NCBI GenBank assembly: GCA_976551045.1 | Contig: CDPCPM010000011.1 | Span: 11,532,001-11,596,000, forward strand | Source: Glaucostegus cemiculus | Taxonomy: Eukaryota | Direction of reading: 5' to 3' | DNA length: 64,000 bases | In this document: positions 49,811 to 64,000 of the stretch, piece after piece | Layout of the letters: every line of letters begins with the position of its first letter | Numbering within the stretch: position 1 is the first letter of the stretch | Notes under the pieces: model-generated | Database searches by the model: none | What the model saw: the letters and a program-made list of their open reading frames with translations, nothing else | Told to the model about the DNA's origin: nothing | Translations under genes and position numbers: made by a program

Positions 49811-50884
49811 AACAATTCTAAGGTTGGTTAATATAAGTGAAATACTTCTGATATTCCATTTCAGTTGCATAAAACAATATAACAGCCAAATTTCAGAAAA
49901 CAGCCTTTCTGTTTTCATTTTCTAAATATCTTGGCTCTGTAAAGGAATCTACATGATATATTTCCGCATTACTTCAATTAAGCCCTGCGCCACATGAACC
50001 TTAACCCCATTGTCTACTTTAGATCTTAGCTGAAGCAACTAAATTAAATGTGTAAGACATATTTGCTAAGTTATTCAAAACTGGCTAAATGAACGTTTTG
50101 TGCACACATTATTGTTGAGAAACCAAAGAAAAGTGACATTGAATAATTCACCAATAAATCTAGGATTAGGACTGGATTAACAAGATGTTGAACAAACAGA
50201 TAGTGAATGGATATTTTCCTTTTGGCACTTTTCAGTATTCACTTCTCCACCAATTCTAACATTTGCCAATAGAAGTGCAATATATTAATGTACTAGTTCA
50301 TTGAATTATGTCTAAATCCTGGATAAACTGTCAGCAGACCAGTAAATTAAGGGGTTAGTCATAAACTAAATAATCATGGCAGCCTGGTAGAGTACTTGTC
50401 TCCCAGCCAAAGGTCAGAGACTTAAATCTATCACTTAGTTCCATTTGCAACAGTAAGAAGTTACTTCAGCTCTCCACAGACCTAGTAAATGTGCTGTCGG
50501 AGCCTGGGACAAAATGCTGGAGGAAGAGAGGGAAAGATCGTCTTTTTTTAATATTTTATATTTTTAATGTAAAAGAAGTTGACAGAGAGAATCTAAATGT
50601 TCTTCCTTTAAAATGTCAAATATAAATATAAATCAGATCTATTTTATGAAGGGTTTGAATGTTTTGTTTTTTTTAAATTTGTTGGCGTTTGATGTCAATT
50701 GTTTTCATATTATTTAAATTTTAGAGAAAGCATATATTTTCAGTTATTAACAAATTGTTTGAGAGATAGATCAACTTCCCATGTGGCATAACTAAATCAA
50801 TATTGGCAACATTATCAATTACAGATCCAGTCTTTACTTTGACTATTCTGTTGACAAAATCTTCATTTGCTTCCGTGTAATGGT

Positions 50885-51185
50885 GAACACATGGAATATA
50901 GTACAGCACAGGAACAGGCCTTTCGGCCCACGATGTCTGTGTCTAACACAATGCCAAATTGAACTAAATCTTTTTTGCCGGCACACGATCCATATCCCTC
51001 CATCCCTGCATTTTCAAGAGCCCATCTAAAAGCCTCTTAAATGCCACGATCATATCTCCTTCCACCATTACCCTTGCCAACCTGTTCCAGGCACCAATCA
51101 CTCTCTGTGCAAAGAAAACTTGCCCCGCACATCTCTCTTAAACTTTCCCTCTCTCATTTTAAATGTATGTCCTCTGGTATTTGAA
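50885..51185 (-). mobile_element. CR1/HER1-type LINE 3' end
   Basis: gtacagcacaggaacaggcctttcggcccac...ttccaggcaccaatcactctctgtg...aacttgccccgcacatctctcttaaactttccctctctca. Confidence 0.88.
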
Positions 51186-54100
51186 ACACTTTTTGTTTTT
51201 CCACCCCATTGCTACCTGTGGTTTATTTAAATATGTTGGCCTTTTTCACTGCCATGATATTAGTGTGGGAACAAGGAAAAAATGACCTGTGAATCTTTTG
51301 CTACAATTAGAAAGAAAAGAACAGAACCAGCAGGTGTTTCAGTCCAGCTGTTCCGCATCAGAGAAGTGCTGGAGCCAAGTTGGTGTTGATTAAGGCCACT
51401 TTTTTGTCGGCCCAAACAAGTCTCGGGTTGAAATTGTAGTCTTCGGTTTCAATGAACTGGTTTTACCAGGATGACGGTGATGGGCCACTACAGTTGGGCT
51501 TCAAAAGCTTTGGATAATCAAACAGAGACAGTGAAGCATCATCTCAGGTTATTGCTCTTGATTATTAACCAAAGTGACTGCTGCTGGAAGTATGTACATG
51601 TTGATGTTGGATGTGATGAGAATGAGACTTATATGATCCCTGCAAATTCTGTTACACAAAAATCTAGGCTGAGCCATGAGGAATGATTATTTGATAGGTC
51701 TTAATAGCTGCCATGGACATGAAAGGTTTCTCACTATGTCACTGTGTCAGTTAAATCTGTATCAAAAATCACATAATTATATACACATAAGTTTTCCCTG
51801 AATGTCTTTCAAGCCGTGTTTTAACTGTCAGTACTGACAAGAGAGTCTGGCAATCTCGCTGAAATAGGACTTTGAGTGCAGAGATATTTGAAAATTGTTC
51901 TATTTAAAATCACATAGCATTGCATTAACAGGGCACCATCATGTGGCAATAGGAAAAGGAAGTGAAAAATGGACCATTTGCTTTACACACCAAGTTCCTG
52001 TTTCAGGATAGGTATCAAATCATATTAATGAATATAAAGTGGTCAAAATAAAAAGAGGTCAGTGAGGTCAAACAGATACAATTCCAAATTACCCCCGGGT
52101 GCTAACTTGAGGAATCATTTAGACACATTAAAAGCAGAGTACCAAACTGAGCTTCAATAAATATTGGCCGCATGTTCCTAATGGTTCAGTAATTGCTCTT
52201 TACAGTCCTGCCTTAAAAGTTAGTATGTCAGATCAATACACACATAATTCATGGTTTCACATTGTTGACTTAATAGCAGGCTTTAAAACAAAGAGTTTTT
52301 TTTATGATGCATCGATGGAAATTAACAATAGTTAAATGTACAATCGTTGAGTTTGTGCGCCTCGTGAATCCTGACTATTGCCCAGAAAAGTGAATGAGAA
52401 AGATTAACAGCAATGCAGTAGTTTGTTCTGTCAGATGGCTGCCCTGTATGTAATTTATTGGTCTGCTCTGCTGGTCTGCTGTATAAAGTGCACAAACCTA
52501 CAGAGGGTAATATTATCCAGCAGGGTGAACAATTACATTTTGAAGAGATCCATCAGAGTAAGAGAGAGCTCACAAGCACCTTTGAATTATAACATCCGTC
52601 TCCGAATTGCTTAAATCTGGTGCAATATTGCATCTGTCCATATAATTGTAGATCAATGTGTTTCCTTGCATTTAAATTGGTTTCAACAATGATTAGAACA
52701 TTTTTATTCTAAATTCCAATGTCAACCTGATTCTCTGTTTTCCACACAATTTATATCATATTTCTGACCTGAATCAAGACTCAACATAAACATTTCTTTG
52801 TGCTGCTGACATCATCAAATGCCACAACTTAAATTTGCATTCAAGAATATTAATCATTATAAAGTACATGGTGTTGTTGAATCCTTACATACTTAATCCT
52901 TCTTTATCTGAGTATAATAATGGTTAAGATAATGAACTTCAAGGTCACTAGTTTAAATCCTATCAACATTCCATCATCAGGATAATGATTATAAAAATCA
53001 CCAGATCATTTTTAAAAGTAATTGTTTAAAAATGATCTGGGGAATGTATGTTTCTACCTTACCTGGTTTGACCTGGTTGTGTTTAATCCTGCAGACAAAG
53101 GATAAGCAGTAAATGTAGTTCAGCCTGCAATCCACGAACAAATACAACTTTACTTCTGGCATAATCACTAGATTTTAAGATAACTCTAAAACAGCTCTTC
53201 ATATTTCATTTAGGAAACTACAGTCAGAGTTAAGAAAAATGAATCTGATAGCGCAGTTGAGACAAAGAACACCATAATTTTTAAGGGACAGTTTGATAAT
53301 TGTTTGAAGCAGAGGAAGATACCAATGGGGTGAGAGAAGGGTAGTGGGGTTAAATAAAAGAACAAAGAACAGTACAGCGCAGAAACAGCCCTTTGGCCCA
53401 CAAAGTCTGGGTTAGCTTGGAATTGTTCCCAAGAACTGAGTGACTATATTTTTTATGTTCTAATGCTGAACTGGATCAAGTTGTCCACTTGACCTCACAA
53501 ATTAGGGAAGGCATTAAAATATTTAAAATTGATAGGTAAAGAGTATTTTATAGTAATCTTGTTTTCTGATAAGATGCACTAGTTCCCAAATATTATTTTG
53601 TTTGTGTTTATGTATAAACTTGGACTCTCACAGGCTACAAATCCTGAAAGTTCTGACGTTCCCAATAAACATTGATCTCAGTTTTCACAACGTCACAAGG
53701 AGGAAATAACTTGAGCAGCTTATGATATCCTGAAGCACCTAATGTGTGTGGCACAAGCTATTCGAGCAATGAAAGTCTGGAACAGGTACCTTCATTCCTT
53801 CCACTTTGATCTCCATTCCCTTTACTTAACCTCAGCCTGACCCTTGGAATGTTGGGTCACTGAGGGGTTACAAACATAAGCATGACAAAATGGTCCGTTA
53901 ACAGGAAATAAACCTCTGCCTATTAGCAGGATCAGAGAGCATTCCAATGGAGTCTAACATATATCACATGGGTTGAGGAGTTTCATTGAACTAATCCAAA
54001 GCCTTATTCCAAGTTCCTGCGTTTTTCCTGTGTGAAAACATACATGTAATCCAAGAAAGGTGCCTGTTACTTAAATCCCCTCTGTACAACATTAGCCCAT

Positions 54101-55774
54101 GGTCAATTTCCTTTGAAAGCAACACTGAAATTCACGCACAGTCACATCATTAAGAAACTGTCTGTAATACTTGTCATCAATGATGCAGCCTATTAATTCA
54201 CACCATCACAATGGTCAAAAGCAACACAAGAGAATTACATTCATTCACATATGTTTCTACTTTTATTCTGGGTATCTAAAGTGAACAAATACAGCTCAAA
54301 ATAAATGACATTCCTTATAAAGTATTGTTCTGCAGCAGTTAGAAGCTAGATAAAAAATCAATTAGGATTCTTCCTTCATTTCGAGAGTGATCTCCCTGAG
54401 TCAGTATTTGAGATTTGGATTGGCCAACTCAGGGTGAATACAATTTGAGTATTGTTGTATGTCTCTAACTGCCCTGTCATTGGTTGACCAGCCCATCCAT
54501 CATTTCACTGCACCACCTTCCCCTCCCCCTGTCAATCAAAACAGCTCTTCATTATCCAATTGAATAATTCTTATCTGAACAGTCAAGGAGCTTTTTTGTC
54601 AAGCTCCAATATGAGTTTAGTTAATAAACAAACATCAAAGAAAATTTAAAAAGAGTAACATGTTCACTTTTATTGTGCTTAAGGGTTTTCTCTGTTGTCC
54701 TTGAGATTAATTTGCAAGTCCCCAGGTCAATGCTGGACAGCTGGTAACTGAAGTGGGGTACAAATAAGCTCAGATGTAATGTGTTTCGTAGCTGAAGAAA
54801 CAGAATGAAGAAGGGAATGGAGGAAAATGTGCTTTCAGATGTGAACCTTAACAGGAAACAGTTTGCACCCAGAACGTTGACCAACTTTCTCTCTTTTCAA
54901 GACTAATGGGGGTAACTGAATATTTCCAGTTTTCACTGGCTTTGTTTAGAACTCTTCCTTATGCTTTTCATCATCTTCACTGGTCAGATCTCAGTATTTT
55001 GCTGGAAGTTTGGATGAGAACCATTAATGCGCAGCTGCCTGAACAGCTATCAGTCCAGGAATTCAAAGCTTGTGTCTTCAAGCATGGAAGTCCAGGACTA
55101 ACTGAATGACATGTGTCACCACACTCTGCTTGTGAGAGGCTGTAACCTCACTGGAGTTCCCTGTCATCATGTGGGCAAAATTGTCTCTTGGATCCTTGGT
55201 CTGATTCTATTGATTTCATGAGAATTCTGGGTCTGTGGATTAGGAGGCAAAGGAGAAGGATTTTATTTAATAAAATAATTTCATATTAATGTTTTTAATT
55301 TTAAGTTTTCTATGTTTTAATACATTTTTACAAAATGGTTTGTATTTCATTTGCAGTATTTAACCTATTTTTAATAGAAATCAGGTGCATTTAAAAATTC
55401 TTAAAATGCCTCACAGTTTTCACTACAGGCAAAACTCTTCCCCCTGCTTTACCATGTCTGACCCGGGTAAAAGAATTCAGCACTTCTCCACCTGAAGCTC
55501 AGTCGCTGCTCTCATCTCACTGCCAGAGTAAAGAGCCAGCGAGGTCGGCTTTCCGCGTCTGACCCAGGTAGCTGTGGTGGTGTGGGGATCTGGCTTATAT
55601 CTGACCCTACAAGAAAATGTACCTTTCAGTTTAGAAGAAAATTTATGATAATTGGCAAAAGAAGCAAAGGATGCATGAAAAGACTTTCTTAAAATCGAAG
55701 TGTTGTAATGCGCTGTCAAAATTTCAGCTGCAACTGCCAGCACTTCCTTGGGATGTGGGAAGAAACCTATAAGT

Positions 55775-56350
55775 TTCCTGTAAACTTTCCCCCTCTCAGC
55801 TTAAACCTATGTCCTCTGGCATTTGACATTTCCACCCTGTGGAAAAGATTCTGACTATCTACTGTATCCATGCTTCTCATAATTCAAGTCACTCCTCAGC
55901 CTCCAACCCTCCATGGAAAACAAACCAAACAAACAATAGCTAATACTCTATAATCCAGGCAACATACCAATAAACCTCTTCTGCATCCTCTCCAAAGCCT
56001 CCACATCCTGCCAGTAGTGTGGCAACCAGAACTGCACACAATACTCCAAATTTGGTCTAACCAAAGTTTTATACAGCTGCAATATGACTTCCTGACTTTA
56101 ATGCTCAGTGCTCTGACCGATGAAGGGAAGCATGCTGTATGCCTTCTTTACCACCCTATCCACTTGTGTTGTCACTTTCAAGGAGCTATGGACTTGCACC
56201 CTAAGATCCCTCTGTATTTCAATGCTCCTCAGGGTCCTGTGATTTACTATATACTTTCATCTTACATTTGACCTCCCCAAGTGCAACAACACAGACTTGT
56301 CTGGATTAAACTCCATCTGCCATTTCTCTGCCCATATTTCCAACTAATCT
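55775..56350 (-). mobile_element. CR1/HER1-type LINE ORF2 C-terminal fragment
   Basis: Reverse complement of the 5805-6660 family (aactgcacacaatactccaa, ggattaaactccatctgcca = WQMEFNP). Confidence 0.88.
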
Positions 56351-59300
56351 ATATGTACTATCGATTGTTTTAATTTTTATTTTAAATTTCTAATTTTTAA
56401 AAAAATGTATTTTTGTCAAACCACTGGTTTCATAAATACATCAAATGCCCAATATTTGATGAGCTATTGAAATTTATCAATAAATCTTGAAAAATCTTTA
56501 AAAGAAACCAACAAAATACAGCCACACTTAATTTTTGATTAATCTATTAGATTTAATTAACTTGACGATGAAACTGATGTTGGAATTCATTAAAGCAAGA
56601 TGTCTGGGTCATTCCCATGTTAAGCTGTGTCTTGGTATCTTTCTCTATGTTACAGGAAAGGAGTCAGAAATTCAAACTAACATCAAGGGTACTTTAATAA
56701 ATAAATGAGAAAATTGACAATGCCAGGACAGTATTTCTCACTGTGGCGTTCCACATAAAATGAGAGATAGATTCTTGAACTTTTCATGTTAAACATTACT
56801 GGAATTATAAAGACAGCAAAAATGCCTTGTTCTGCATAATTGAAGGCATGTCAGAAACCCAATAAGGCTAAGAGAAATCGCCACACTGATACCATTAATT
56901 TTCCAATTTGTTGACTACCTTGTTAAAGAATATTGAGGGGTTAATTTTTTTTAAATAACATGATATAGTCACAGCAAATTACTGCTCACCTTTTGCTCTG
57001 AGTTTCGAAAAAATTTTTCATTGGAAAGTTTGTTGTAGTAGTTTTGTTGCAGCCAGGAACAGGGCAGGTTTAGTTTTACATCAGAATCCAGTTAAACTGA
57101 AGTAGGCTACTTCCTGAAAAATGTTTTACACCTCTTGTATAATATAGAAAGCAGCCCAATCACCAGGGCAACACATGGATTATGGTACCAATTTTTCATA
57201 AATGCTCATCTGCAATCACATCTTGCAACACCTGTAGAACAAGATGCTAATTAGTTGTATTAACATAGTTAACAAAGAAGCACATTCTATCTCCATGATT
57301 TACTATTGCATGAATTCACAGTAAACAATTCCAAGAGTTTTATTACTTCCATATTTTGACATTTGCAATCTGAAAACTTTATGACAATAAAATTCAATTT
57401 CACAAAAGTTCTTTATTGGGAAACAGTTTTTTGACCACACTTCACTCCCCAGGTCTTTGTTCAAGATTGCCATGATCACTAAAAAAAACAACAAATATAA
57501 GCAGGAATAAACTGGTCAAACAATAAACATTTAAAAAAGTATTTTTTGGACTTATATGATTAGGCACTCTCCTTCAATTCTCTGCAAAAATCTACTGGAA
57601 AGTAGATATAACCAATGATACCTGTTTATACAGAGCTATGAATTGGCTTTGAGCTCTATTTAAATACATGGTGTCTCTGTTCTGTGAAATTGTACATTTA
57701 AATGAAAAATTACCCTTATTACCAAGTTCCAAACAGAATAGAAGAAGTTTGAATCTAAGTGAATAGGAAGGGAAATTGGCTTTTGAAAAATGATGCACTT
57801 AAATAAAATGGACTGCACAGATTAATTCTGTAACTTTCAAACTACATTATAGTGTAAGATGAATTTCATTAAATGCCTGAGGCTAAGTATTAGTATTAAC
57901 TTTAAAATAACTCTTCAAGCACCAAATGAATCTTGGAGTTTTAATAACCTAGGAACAAATTAAAAACCCTAACCCAGTTACTTTTGAAATGATGATCTTT
58001 GCACAGCTTCTAAAAGGATTAAAATACAATTTTGAGAATGTGCTGACGGTTGAATATTAGAATCCTACTTGCTTCAATTTATATGGTGGTTTAAAACTAT
58101 TTATTTTGCCCAGAAGCATAGTATTTCCACCAATGTACAGTGAACCGTATGACACGGTTCCTCTAAAGCCCCATTAATTAATAGACAATTATGCCTTCTT
58201 TTTGGAATTGTGGTGAACTGTGAAGATGTTAAATCTACAGATGGACTTGGTTAACAAGAAGAAAGATGGCTTTTAGACAGATAGATCCATAGGCTTTAAC
58301 AGCTTCATGCTGAGATGTTAAGACCTGCTGAATACTTATCATTGAAATACAAGCTGCTTCCTATTTTAGTTAATCGCACTGACACTGCTTGTTGATGTTC
58401 TGAAAATGAATCATGTGAAGTTTAAGTTTTTTGATAATACTCAGGCTTATATAGTCCAACTACTAACATCACCAGTATTCCATAAACAGCTTTGAGTGAT
58501 ATTAATACTTATGTCCATTGTAGACTTGCTTGAGCAAATACTCATTTTTAGGATTTCTCATTCATCTGTCTGAATTGACAACTGAAATGCTTCTGCTGAT
58601 TTATGGCACAAGTTATCAAGAACCAACATGCAAACCTTCATGACATTTAGACTGGGTGTGATAAATGCAGGCGATGGTGAAATAATGTTTGTAGAAGTAT
58701 CTGTTAGACCTATTCACAAGTCTGGATGGGTGGTAATTACTTAAGCCTAGGGCAGTGTCAACAAGCAATGGATTTAAAGGGTTACTAAAATGTACACAAA
58801 TAAATCATTCATCATGAAGGCATTGTAGCCCTATTCACTTACCCTTTACTAATGCCTCACATTTGTGATGATACTGACCTGATATATATGTCTTAATATG
58901 TTTTAAATGCTACACATTAATGTTTTATCAAGTCTGCTTATACCTACAGTGGAGTGTTTTATGGATCTTTTTTAGATGTGGAAATGCTCATTTTAGAAAC
59001 TGAGCTGTTTGTTGCCTTTTGCTTCTCATATCAACAAATGGAAAGAAATGAACAAATTACGTCAGGATTTCCACTGAGCAAATTGGTTGTAGAGACCTTA
59101 TTGAAAGAAATCTTGCCAATCAAAAGTCAGCAAAAATTGTGCATTGTGTGCTTCTCAAATGGTTTAACAACTACTTAGCGTGTGCAGTAATGGCCAAAGA
59201 GTTTTACCCCCATCCAGTGGAAACCTTGTATGGAATGATTCAGGCCTGCAAAAATGTACAACTTAATTCATGTGAAAAGCAGTTCTGGCTTTTAAATCAG

Positions 59301-61669
59301 TATTTACAGATCTATGGCATGTAAACTAAAGTATTTACATCTAATCCATGTCCACGTTTTGAAATCAGAAACAAAAACAAATTACAAATAAAGTTTTAAA
59401 TGTTGTATTCATTCTCTTGTTGTAAATATGTGCTGAAAATAATGTTTAAATTACTATCTTGGTAATTCTGTAATTTTTTTCCTTGTACTATTTTCTTTTA
59501 GTCTTGAAATTTTTGATTCTTTTTATATGAGGAGCATGAAGCATACAGTTAAACTGCGCACTAGGGCTTCTGCAGCTGTGTATCACACCTCAGAGATTAG
59601 AATCACATGCTAGCCAATGGAGATCAGCAGTCAGAAGGTCTTGATTATACTTCAACATCCTTTGGGGCAATGCGTAGGGGTGTAGCAACTTCATAAAAAT
59701 TGCACCCTCATGTCTTCAGCCCTTTAGCGTTCTGGAAAGCACACTTGCTAAAGTTTCTTTCCCTCCAAATATAATAGCAGATCAGGTGTTTGTGCAGCTG
59801 CATCTGGGTGTCCCATTAGATCTGACACAACTGGAGTCTCTAATAATTCACCATTGACTGATGCCATTATCTTCATTCTCACATTAAAACCGAGTCAACA
59901 ATGCTTTGGTTTGAAAGGCTGGCTCCCTGGGTTTAAATGAACTACAATCCCACCAACTGTATGAGTTTTTTTACAAAGTTTACTGGAAGACATTTATGTT
60001 GGATATGGTATTTTAAAAACCGTTGAAACTGACCAATATATTTGCATTCATTATTTTTTCTCTTCTTCTCCCAGTTGTCTTCTCTGCTCCTCTCCTTTCA
60101 AGGCATTGATTCTTAATGTGGTTCCATTGGCCATTGTCGTAATACTTCACCTGAGTGATGCTTCATCATGCAAAAATCTAGATTGTGAGCATTGTTTGAT
60201 TAATCAATTATGTTGTTGCCCATTGCCACAAAATTCCAACAGGTCTCTCTTGTAAGTGACTAAAAGCTGATAGATTTGTCATTTAAACAGCTTGATTTCC
60301 AGCCAAGATTGCAAAACTGGGATGAGTTCTGGATGTCTTGTTTTGAATGTTCCTCCATCTTAATGAGTTCCTTATTTAGGCAACTCTAATCCAAAGAATT
60401 ACAAATGAATAAACAGTTACCATCAAAATGTGGAGCTGATTCACTATTGTTCTCTGCCAACCATCTGCAGTTCTGGCCAATTCCTTGTCTCCCTTCATAA
60501 TTAACGTCAAGGTTTCTCCATAACATTTGTTACCTAATGCAGGTTTGCTTACGCTTTGCAAATTATATAACAAAAAACAGAGCCCGTAGTTCTTATTAGT
60601 GATGAGAACATTGCAGAACTATGGTCACCTGAACCTCAGTAGTTAATCTGCAGTATGCAGATGTTACTTGCAGTTGCGTATATTCTACCTAACCTCTATC
60701 CTAGGTGGCACAGTTTTGATCATGAAAATGCATAAAGCCCTTTCATTAGTGGGCTTGGTCTTCAGCTGCTGTTGATGGATGGAGTGACAGGTCCATGACT
60801 GAAGCAATCGGCATGCTGCTACCTTGCCAATCCAGCTCACACATTTGATTGCACCAGAATGTCTATATTATAATTTTGAGCTATTCCTTCTAGTGAGAAC
60901 AATTTGAACCATACTTGACAGCATTCTCTTTCTGGATCACTTAAGGCACACAAAATTAAGACCAGTCTCACTGTTTTGAGAAAGCCCGCAGGTTACTTGA
61001 CAGTACTTGTTGAGGATGTCTACCAAAATTATGATTTTGCACCTGCTTTTCTCTATCACCCTGATATTGATCACTCATCACTTTAAAACATTCTGCTCTA
61101 TTGTTCTTGGAACACACATTAAAGAGAAACTGTATCAGTCACATTCAATAAACTTCAATCTGTAACACATTATTTAGATTGTTCACGTCCAGCATCATAC
61201 CATGAGCTTCATTTACTGTTCCTCAAACCAGATGGGCTTCTCAAATGCTACATGCAGTTGAGGTGCTTCTAATTCAAAAGGCCCCAGGGAAAATAATTTA
61301 ATAGTACAGGCTTTTATGGGTAAATTTTCATCAGAGTCATTAGCCCCAAAGTATCTAATGGTGATTAATTTTAATTGGCAAACAAGTATTTTCAAGGTGT
61401 TTCAAGTGACTTTAATGGTCCTTTAGGGGTGAAGGAGGGTGGATAGTATGTGGCATGCATTCAGCAGGAACCAGCAGGTGGAAACACATGCAGCTTTGGT
61501 AAAATCTCTGGGTTTCCCAGGCTGTTGGGTGTCATGAAATGCAGACACATTGCTTTGTGCAGCCAAATGTCAATGCAGCCATGTACTGGGGCCAAAACAA
61601 ATTCAATTCCATCAAGGTCTGACTTGTATGTAATCACAGACAGAGAGTCATGAGACTGGTAGTACTTTT

Positions 61670-62410
61670 TCATTTGTTCATTTCTAAGAATATGGGCATC
61701 ACTGGCAAGGCCAGCATTTATTGCCCAAACGTGATTGCCCTGGAGAAGGAGGGGGTGAGCTATTTACTTGATCTGCTGCAGTCCTTCTGGTGAAGGTACT
61801 CCCACAATGCTGTTTATTTCCAAATCAGGACAGTGTGGAAGAGAACTTGAAGGTGTCGATGTTCCCATCACCTGCTACCCTTGTGCTCTGGGTGTTGGAA
61901 GTTGCAGATTTTGCATGTGGTTTTGGAGTAGCATAAGCATGTAATTGCTGTGTATTTTGGAGTTCATAAGTCCCACTACTTACGCTGACTGCAGTGTGGT
62001 GTGGGGGAATGAATGTTTAGGATGACGGATAGGGTACCACTTAGGCAGGCTGCTTTGCCCCGCATGTTTTCGGAGCTACACTCAGCTGGGCAAGTGAACA
62101 GTATTCTGTCACACTATTGACATGCCTTGTGAACAGTGAGAAGGCTTTAGAGTATCAGTAGATGAATTATTCACTGCAGAATACCCAGCCTCTGATCTGT
62201 CCTTGTAGCCATTGTATTTTTGTGTCTGGTTTGGGTGACTCCACAATGGTGATGGCGGGGTCTCATCCCATTGAAAGTCAAGGATCATATAGCCTTGATT
62301 CATTGTAATCCACAGTGCCACACATATTTGAGCCACCATAACTGAAATAAAAGGAAGCTAATATATGTCAAGCCCAATACACTAGTGTCATCGGTAACCA
62401 CAGTATCCAT
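61670..62410 (-). mobile_element. LINE 3' part (CR1/L2-group; probable partner of the SINE at 22775)
   Basis: The minus strand gives a degenerate V.SV.EY..LA...APK...KAA.L.GT.S..LNIHS motif. The 3' end shares caataaatgctggccttg with the SINE. Confidence 0.7.
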
Positions 62411-62657
62411 ACACATATGGTCAGCCTGTGTACAATGAAATCCAACTGTCTTCTGATAAGGCAGATTATTGATGTGCTGAAACAACACTTCTGCTTCCAG
62501 ACTGTAATGGAAGATCCCCTGGGCAACCCAGTAAAGTGGTGGCAGGATTCACTCTCCACTCCTGTCTTCTGCACACTCACCATTATGAGGTGGCAACACT
62601 CGCTAGCAGTTATATGACAAGCAAGCAGAAAGAGGAGGGAAAGGAAAAGGCAACCTG

Positions 62658-62756
62658 AACAGGTCTGATGAAGGGTTGTAGACCTGAAATGTTGACTGTT
62701 TCCTTGTCCACAGATGTAGCCTGACATGATGGGTTTTTCCAGTATTTTCTGTTCCT
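62658..62756 (+). mobile_element. Penelope-derived right arm with a hammerhead-ribozyme-like core
   Basis: CTGATGA at 62665-62671, a short stem-loop (agg...cct), GAAA at 62686-62689, followed by ccacagatgtagcctgac...ttccagtattttctgtt. Confidence 0.7.
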
Positions 62757-64000
62757 AACAACAAGATTCAATATTAATTTTCCAAACTGGGGTTCCTTCA
62801 AGCATGACCACCTGGAGCATAAGATCTCTGAGTTAATTCTGGGCTCTCAAGCTCTCTGCTGACTTTACATTTATCATCTAAGCCCCACAATATATGAGAT
62901 ATTTTAAGATCTTAAAACTATCTCACAGAATGATCAATGTTTCCAATTTCAGTTTGTCTGCGGGTTATATCTGTGTATGAATTTCAATTGCTTGTTTTCA
63001 GTCATTCACTAGATTCTTAGAAGCACAATGGGGCAGAATTCAACCCCGCGTTAAACTTTAATTTTGAGATTCTAAACAGTTTACTTGTTCACAAATTTAT
63101 GGCAAACTGTTTCTCCCTTTAAGAGCAATTAGGAACTAACATCTCATTTGATAATCCGTGATTTAGTAGAGTTGCTAGTTAGATCCCGTGGTGACTCATT
63201 ATGAAGTTGACAGCATGAGTAAAGTAAGCCTAAGGTGAAACCTCCACAGCTGTAACATTTTCTAATGCAACAAGTGAATAAGTTGGAGGCAAAGCTAGGC
63301 TGAAATCCCTAATTTGAGAAGTGATTGATGCCAAGGAATAAATTCTAAAAAAAATGATAAAAAACAGATATTTTCCATCAGTTCCAATGAAACTTGCATG
63401 CTAACTTTAACGGAACATTGGTTAAATTAAAATCTTCAGCTTTGTGCAAGAAGGTTCTTTACATTTATTTTCAAATTAATGGATATCTTTCTGCCCAATC
63501 TGTTCATCTCAGCAGCCCTCTGTAACATTATAAGGCTGACAACAGATGCCAACAGCTCAGATTAAAACTAATCTATTTTCATCTTTTTCTTTTCCACTAA
63601 TACTGAAATGTTTTCTGCTCATTAAAGTTTTCCTCTCACTTTTTTTTGTAGCACTCCTACCCTGATCAGTCTTTGCAAATAGAATCATGGAATGTCTTGC
63701 CTCTCTCAGTTTTTTGTTCCTCTCATAATCCTTTAGGTTTTAAAACTGAAGCTTGATGAAACCAATCACCACTCCTTGGCAAATCTCTTACATTTCATTC
63801 TTTGCAATGTGGCAATGAATTAGTTTACGAGAAAAGACTGGAGAAACTACAGCTCATTAGTCTTACATAGAAATGGCAGGGAGGGAACACACACACATAC
63901 GTATATTAAGACTTTAAAGCTGAGTAGTTGAGGTTAATCTGGAGCACAATTTCATGTCAGAGCAGGGCTTAATAACAAGAATATATGGGTCAACCATGAG

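Overview
AT-rich, CpG-poor vertebrate DNA. The repeat content points to a cartilaginous fish, probably a batoid (ray or sawfish type; this is inference): CR1/HER1-type LINEs, V-domain (HE1-like) SINEs, Deu-domain SINEs, Rex1/Babar and L2 LINE ends, a Penelope-like GIY-YIG element with fold-back derivatives, and Gypsy remnants. I could not support any host protein-coding exon, RNA gene or CRISPR array. The ORFs I could recognise are decayed transposon fragments and the rest look like chance ORFs, so the window is intergenic or lies within a very large intron. The most notable structures are: (1) a ~225-bp inverted repeat pair (2256-2482 / 6645-6874) around ~4.2 kb, whose outer 122 bp are perfectly identical while the inner ~100 bp carry ~10 differences; (2) two 409-bp solo LTRs, each with its own 5-bp TSD, in direct orientation 22.6 kb apart; (3) about ten Penelope-derived fold-back elements carrying decayed hammerhead-ribozyme cores; (4) a V-SINE with a Rex1-type tail instead of the CR1-type tail. 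I found no convincing novel multi-gene system. Family names come from motif recognition, not database searches, and boundaries of old repeats are approximate.
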